64,000 bases of DNA from Bugula neritina (taxonomy: Eukaryota; Animalia; Bryozoa), in the NCBI GenBank assembly GCA_964035545.1, contig OZ037766.1, forward strand, positions 4,330,722 to 4,394,721, in the 5' to 3' direction. Of the stretch, positions 56,590 through 64,000 are shown one piece after another. The notes under the pieces are model-generated. The model was given only the letters and a program-made list of their open reading frames with translations. It ran no database searches and was not told the origin of the DNA. Positions within the stretch are counted from its first letter, which is position 1. Every line of letters starts with the position of its first letter. Both the position numbers and the translations under genes were made by a program.

Positions 56590-59500
56590 ATGAACCAAGT
56601 CCGAGATAGTCATGGTGATAATGAAGAATTTACAAATTTATTGAAATCCGACGACGAACATGACAATGAACTAGTACCGAAGGAAACCATTGGTCGTGTA
56701 GAGACTGCAGTGTATAAGAAAAGATGGTGGATGCTGTTTGTGTACTGTTTTACTGCCACTGCACAAGGCATGATCTGGAACACCTGGGCTCCATTGACCG
56801 ACGCTGCAGTTATTGGTTTTCAGTGGACTGAAGGACAAATTACAGCATTGCAGGCTCTTTCCTGCCTTGTATACATAATAGCTGCCTTTCCAATACTTTA
56901 TGTTATAGAAAAATATGGTAAGTTTAAATCGTGTATTTTTATTTATTAGTCAAAAATTGTATTTAAATATTTATATTATTTATATGCCTATTAGTACTAT
57001 TGCAGTGTTGGATTTTGTATTAGTAAGGCCCTACATATTTTAGTAAAACTTTATAAATAGAAAAATATAGAGCAATTCGAATTACATACAAGCGGAAAAA
57101 CAACGGTAATATGAAACTTTTGTATATCAAGAGTCGTTTTATAAAACAGGTTACACATGAAAAAAGAATAAACATCTGCTAAGCTAAACCTTGTTTTGTG
57201 CTATTAAATTTCATCATTGCAGGTATTCCATATAGGGAACTCTAAATAATGTGAAAATTAAAAGATTGCAAGTTTTTTTTTCTTACAAATAAAGAGTATA
57301 CTCTAACGATACTAATTAAAAACTATTAATACTAATAATACTATTAAATACTATTAAAACTAAATTACAGCCTTGTCATTATAACTACTAACTTAGTTAT
57401 TTCAATATGCTAGTTTTTAGTTAACCTAGTTTTTATCTATATGATAATTGTAAATGTTGTCAACACTCAATCTATTTTTCTCATTATCTTGATTGCCGAC
57501 AGCTGTTACAGTACTTCACATTAACCAAGTCTCCACTCTTATATATGTCATATATGACATGTAGCTACTCCATTTTTTAATTTATAAGTCTCTTGGTTGG
57601 GAAATTATTATGTGCCAAATCACCAAGCCTGTAGAAATCAGTGCAAATTTTATTTTTCAGGTCTTCGACTCGCTCTTCTATTAACCTTCCTATGTGCAGT
57701 TGTTGGGAATATTGCATGGGTGTTGGGAGTATACACCAACACATACTGGTGAGCTACTAGGTATTAGTTCTACCAGTATATTGTTTTGTCAAAGCATTTT
57801 AACCATTCCACACCATTATCTAGAATGATAAGATAGGACACTAAATCTTGGCCATTCTAGATGATGAACTCTTGCTTAATTTGAGATAGTTTTTTTAACA
57901 TAATTCAACACAGCACACTCACAGCACACACAATAATACATGCACAATATTGGTACTAAATGTGTGTATTATGGTAATTATATTCTCAAAAAGATGAGTG
58001 TAAAATATCTATATATAAGCTATACTTTATGTAAAAATATATTTGATATAAAATTTAAGAACTCCTGGCTTACCTGGCCTTTATCTTTCAATATCTAACC
58101 TGAATTAGAAAAAAATTGACATTATTGGGCTAAGACTTGGGTGATTTTATTGTGAACTGGGCACTATTTGAAACCCCAAATGAGCAATAGTCACTACTGT
58201 TGGTATTAGTGCAGTTATTACACTGTAGATTGTAGAGGCATATTATACTATTGCAATATCATAGCATCCACCCAAATGAAAATATCTATCCAGACTTCAT
58301 AGCCTCTACAATCATCTTAATTTTTAACCTTCTTTAGTGAACAATAACCTACTTGCTTGCTCAAGCGGAGAGGTTAAAGTGCAAATGCTAAGAGTATATT
58401 TTTAATTGCGATGTCCTACTAAATAACCCTTTACTAGCAAAGGATTCAAGGGCGTATTTATTTCACCATGGTTACTAATGCCTGATGTTGCTCCTTAAAT
58501 CTCTTCAACCACTCAGTGAGCATTTTGACAGCAGCTGGTAAAATGCAATAATTTTTTTTCAAGCAAAGAACTGAGCATGTTATATCATGATCAAAGTCTA
58601 GTGCGTGGCTGCATTGAAAGCCAGATTCACAGTGCCTTCTTTCAAAGTATGATAAGCTAGTAGTTATTTATAACAGTAGTGGTGATTGATTTCGGTTTCG
58701 TAAAGGCTTAATCAGTTTAGGAGTCATCAATGAAAAAAATAATGTATAAAACACAAGTTGCACAACTTGTTTTTAGAAGTCTGATTTTCGCAGTTAAACT
58801 GACCGGTTATATCTAAGTTATAATAAAGTATATTTTCAACTTGTACATATGTCTGATTGGCCAAATTATTGAGACTTTCTCCTTATTGCTGGAAACAGGG
58901 TAGTGGCCATGGGAAGCCCATTGGTTGGTGTAGGAATGTGCTCTATTCTCACAGCCCCATCCCTCCTCTCACTCACGTGGTTTCCTGTAAACGAGCGGAA
59001 TACGGCAACAGGATGCGCCTCCATAGCTGTTTATGTGGGAGTTGGTCTCGGATTCATAGCAGGTTTCAATTAAATTCAAATCTCTCAGCTATTTTCTACT
59101 TTCTATGACATTAAATGTACTTAGCTCATTTCTCAATATTACTCGAGTATTATTCAAGACTGATCTAAATTGCTTAGAATTTCTTGTTGTGCATACAGCA
59201 TATTATTTGTAATATTAATGTTTCTGGTTACACATTTAGCTTCATGAGGCGTGGACAAAGTCAGATGTGAATTATATAGAGAGAGAACAACTCTACTCTG
59301 AAACTTAGCAGCTACTGATGACTAATTGATGCTTTTGAAAAGCAAAACTATCATTTAAGCTTTATTTATAAATTATCTTAAACAATAATATAAGTGCATG
59401 CTATTGGTGGTTGTCTCCACATAGGTTATTTTTGTAGGTCCTAACATAGTGGGTACTGTAGTTACCGTCCATGACTTGGATAATGCAAGTATAATCCATT

Positions 59501-62500
59501 CAGAAGGTACCTATTTTACTCACAACTTAGTTTTAAATGTTTTAGACTATTTGTATAGCTACATGGAGAAATATAGTCATTGTTTTTTGTCAGGCAATAA
59601 AAAGAGGATTTTTTTTATTTACATTATTTGATAAATCAGTGCAATTTTCACAATAGTTTACACTAGCATGGTAATATACATGTATGTTATTTATGGACCT
59701 AAATTTTAGAGAAGTTGTTTAGTTCATATATGATTGCAATACATATGCTCATACCTTTGTAGATTACCTCGCTGACATTAGAAATGGTGTAAGAAACACT
59801 ATGTATTGTGGTAAGTATCAGACAGGATATTGTCATTTCAATAATAATTAACTTTTACATTCTTCATGACAAACGTTGATATATTTCACAAGTAGATAAA
59901 CAAAGAGGCATTTAGTAACTGAATTTAATTTATATAGTAATTCTGTACAGTCCACTATATGTGTGGTTGATATCAGTAATGATTTAGTTAGATGGAGTAT
60001 TCATGAATATCAATTTACTTGCAGATGGTTCAACACCAGTACCATTATAATCATACCTTATGTAAGTAACTGCTCTTAGCTGCTGGGTCTATTACTATTG
60101 ATGTATTGTGTAAAGTGTTATATATAAACATTTCTCTCATTTCATTGGTTTATCTGTAGAAAGGATCATATCAATTTTCTTTCAGGTGAAAGTTGGCAAT
60201 AAGTGGTCACTAGCACTTAGAATTTAATCTTTTTTCATGTTGCTTTTGATATTTTCTGTTTGAGATTAATGTTTTATTACTTTGTGCAATATTTTTTTAT
60301 TAATATCTAAATTGAGCCTTTGAAAAGCCAGCATGATGTCACGCAGGAGCTACTATGTTTTCTTATCACTTGTTTTTCATCCTTACTATTCAACAGTGCT
60401 ACATATTATACAGGTCAATGTACCTGAGTTAACCTGAATAATAACTTAGTAAGAGAGCTCAGAGCTGTTGAATGACCATAGTGCCCAACATTGCTTATTA
60501 TCTTGTGCTAAGAATTTATCATATTTTGATGGTTATCATGAGCTCAGCAATTCTATTAGAACCCAAAAGATATTATGTTGTTTTCTAGAGAACTAAACTG
60601 TTCATCAGAAATTATTTTGTTAGCTCTAAGTGTACCGTGTGTCTTGTTTCAGATTGTGCACTGGCAGTACTGAGTTGTCTCCTAGTGTTCATACATTTTC
60701 CCAATAAACCTCCTCTTCCACCAACTCAATCTCAGGCAGCTCCTCGTGTAGATTACTGGGATGGAGTGAAGCATGTTTTGAAGTAAATACCATGTGAACT
60801 AGACATATGATTATGGGAAGCCCCTACCAGATAACATTGAGGCATAGAAGTGGAGAAATTTTGATAGTCCAAGTTCTTTAATTTTCTTGATAAATTTTGG
60901 TTTGGGCCATGAGTTGAAATCCTCCAAGAACCTAGCTTCTTTTGCTACATTTCTAATGTAGAACCACAGGCTTTTCTCAAAATGCTTTGTTTTTGCAGGC
61001 CGTGGATCATTTTCATGGTTACAGGTTTAGCCTAGCCGTGGTATGCAATCTGATTATTTAGTTTACATTCAATAGTACATAAAAGTACTGATATGTATTG
61101 GTACATATATATTGTAAAGCTGAATTACTTCTTAATGCGGAAACTGGTGTATTATTATTCCCACAGGAGCAAACAATTCTACATACTGAATATGGCATTC
61201 AACATATGTGTGGGGATATTTAATAGTTGGCTACCTCTAGCTTCAATTATTCTGAGACCACTTGGTATAGATCAGGTAACTATTGACTACTAACTTGTAT
61301 CAGTGAGTCATAACATTGGCTCATATCAGTAACTATCAGTGAGAAGAATCTGTGATTGAGTTGAGTGAATTAACACAATGCTTTTTGGACTTGTAAATTT
61401 AGTTTCATACCTAATTATTCCAAAAAGTAGATAAAACTAGCTACCAAAAGCTTGAACGCTTCAGCATAACTTTATGTTTTTTACTAACTATTGTGTATGC
61501 AGAGTTGAAGGATTTTTTAGAAGCACTTTTATGAACATCTTGACGTATCAGATAAAGTTTTTGCTATCATCCATGAGCAATTTGAATGGTTTCAGAAACT
61601 GGCTGGTTGGATTGGTTTCTCTACAACTCCTGCGAGCATCGTCGGAAGTATTTTATTGACTAGGTTGGCCGATAAATTCAAAAGAAACTTGCGGCTCTTA
61701 GCAATTATTAGTACAAGTGCTGCTATGATACTGGTGGGAGTTCTAGCTTGTATTCTACAAGGCTATATACTCATATCTTCTCCACTTACCATGAAAGGTC
61801 AGTTGATCTTCACATCTTCCAGCAATTTCTATTCCAACTCAACAAGCATGGCAATGATTTTGCTAATGATCTCATTTTTAAATTTGGAAGTCATCACAGT
61901 ACTTTAGTTTAATATCGATTTTACACAGAGCCACCTGTTCATTCATTTCCTATAATGAAGTCAGTGAAGAACTAAATTCTATTTTCAACTCTGCGATAGG
62001 AAATTTACTTTTCACAAGTATTTATATTATTTTAGCAACAGTATAATATAATGTGGTATGTGACTTTTCAGTGGTGATATTCATCTTATATTTTGGAATA
62101 TGCCTATGTATCAACGGCTCTATACCACTATACTATGAAGTGGGGTGTGAAATGGCATATCCAGCACATGAGGCAGTCGTCGGGGTATTTCTTCAAATTT
62201 TGCAGCTCACAGTTATTGGCATCTACTTGCTGCTACTACTTAATGATTCTTTAGATACAAGTAAGTATAATTTCAGTGTTTATCTCATATGTACAAGTCT
62301 TGCCTTAACTCCAGTAATTTATTCTGTACTTTACACTTATTTTGATGACAACTGGTAACCAAAAAATTATGTTTAGTTTCCTTGCATATTGAAGAGTATT
62401 AGAAACGTTTCTTACCTTTCCCGCAAGAAACGTGTATTAATTCTGGTTCACATCCTTCGGCTACCGGAACATATATTTTTAAAAGCGAGTAAAGTAGTTC

Positions 62501-62706
62501 TTTTTCGTTATATTATTTAAATTTGCTGTATACACAAAATCTACCATCAGTATGATTAACAAAATCATTATCAACTATAACCCACTGTTTCAGATACAGA
62601 ATGGATGACATGGACGCTATTCGCTGGTACATTAGTTGCTATAGTATTATGGTTTGTCATGGATGACCGTTATCCCAGGCTGGATCTAGACAACTTCTAC
62701 ACATAA
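56590..62706 (+). CDS. SLC49A4: SLC49A4/DIRC2-like MFS transporter, copy 3
   Basis: Exons 56590-56917, 57661-57748, 58899-59062, 59438-59506, 59763-59810, 60653-60782, 61167-61275, 61596-61797, 62072-62260, 62594-62706; same motifs and phases; N-terminal dileucine EFTNLL. Confidence 0.9.
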
Positions 62707-62894
62707 TCAATTAGCAATAAAACTACTAAGACAGCCAGATGCCCTCCAGAAACAATATCATTGTAAGAACTCACAAACCAGTACCAAAACCTACTTCCAT
62801 TAACAAAACTGTAAATATTGTCAATACTTGATTTGTGTTATAATTACAATATTTATTTTTACAAAATATTTCAATATCTTACAAATATACCAAA

Positions 62895-63332
62895 TCACAC
62901 TTTATATTTGTGCAGTTTATTACATGTCAGTACATAAAGAGCATTGTTAGTAGCAGCCAAGCCATAGATTGTGTCACCACTATCCAATGAAATCACTTGT
63001 TGCATGGACACATGGGCTAGAGACTTGCCAGTCTTTCTGTTCCTCATATCTGTGCCGATTGTTTGCGGCTGTCTGTATATATAGACATGTTTTTCAGAAT
63101 CTGCTATGGCGACATAACTCTGACTTTCTGGACAGGAGATGAAACGTCTGTTCTGCTTTGATGCTTGAATATACCCAAGTGCATTGTGGGTAGCCGTATG
63201 AGTGGGTGGGTCATCAGCACCAGCAGACGGGCTCCAGACTATGCCGTCCACGTCGTGACGCGTACACAACTGTGCTGGTAGATTTAACACTGGAGGTCTA
63301 TTAAACAGCCAGCTGTACCCCGTCATGTTGGT
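62895..63332 (-). CDS. NUDCD1: NudC domain-containing protein 1, last coding exon (gene probably continues beyond the window)
   Basis: RHDVDGIVW..HTATHNALGYIQASK..HVYIYRQP..RNRKTG..QQVISL matches the NUDCD1 C-terminus; acceptor ttgtag ends at 63333. Confidence 0.9.
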   Translation of the reverse strand, partial: TNMTGYSWLFNRPPVLNLPAQLCTRHDVDGIVWSPSAGADDPPTHTATHNALGYIQASKQNRRFISCPESQSYVAIADSEKHVYIYRQPQTIGTDMRNRKTGKSLAHVSMQQVISLDSGDTIYGLAATNNALYVLTCNKLHKYKV

Positions 63333-64000
63333 CTACAAGTTAACACACACAATACCACACAATATCATACAACATGGCCTAAGCCAACACCTGGGGATAA
63401 TTTATTCAACTCATAGAGATCTTAAAAATTTTATAAACAACGACTAGAGATGGCCTAAGCCATAACTTGTAGGCAGCATGCTAAAGCTTAGGGTTGTTTA
63501 GATATTCAGCTTTCATGCAAGTCTTTTTCCAAATAAGGTAATGCAAATAGATTTTTTTATTAATGAGACTATTACCAAAAATTAGGTTTGAAGTAAACCT
63601 TAATATTGTTACTAATACTGACAATCTCTTTCACTTATGCAACTATCGATGTTTTTAAAAGAAGTTACATGCTAAATTTTTTTTATAAGTTTATTAAATT
63701 AAAAAATTATCGACGAACAACTAATACAAATAATTACATCTTTTATTAATATTTATTTTATATATATCTTTTGTTATTTATTAATCTTTAGAATCACTTT
63801 GTCTTTGGAAAAGAAGACAACATTGATCAAGTCCGAGAATACCAAATTATGAAATAGAATATTTACTGCTTCAACTGTTTGATAAAACAATATGGTTTTC
63901 TTTGTATTGCTGCGGATATTTGTATGTAAAAACTGTTGATTTTACTATTTTAAACCACCAGACTGAGACACTCTAAGTCCAAATGCTACTATACTGTATA

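Overview
AT-rich, intron-dense eukaryotic genomic DNA from an invertebrate animal; the species cannot be determined from the sequence. I traced nine spliced genes by hand via GT-AG junctions and frame continuity. In order: a 765-aa type I membrane protein (2x PAN, FN3-like, Sushi, Tyr-motif tail; + strand); two tandem iodothyronine deiodinase-like selenoprotein genes (- strand); a sorting nexin SNX7/30 (+); amnionless (-); three tandem SLC49A4/DIRC2 transporters (+); and the last exon of NUDCD1 (-). The standout is the deiodinase pair. The ORF track misses their catalytic exons, which carry an in-frame TGA. Each gene has its own type II SECIS in the 3'UTR, with structure-preserving stem changes between the two. 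Both have a non-canonical active site: FGSYT-U-HPF, no DGW, no second His, and no basic residue in GGxGP, which suggests altered substrate or chemistry. Introns and intergenic DNA hold two MITEs with target-site duplications, tRNA-derived repeats, several near-perfect palindromes, and minisatellites starting at splice donors. Exon coordinates are hand-derived and need RNA-seq confirmation.
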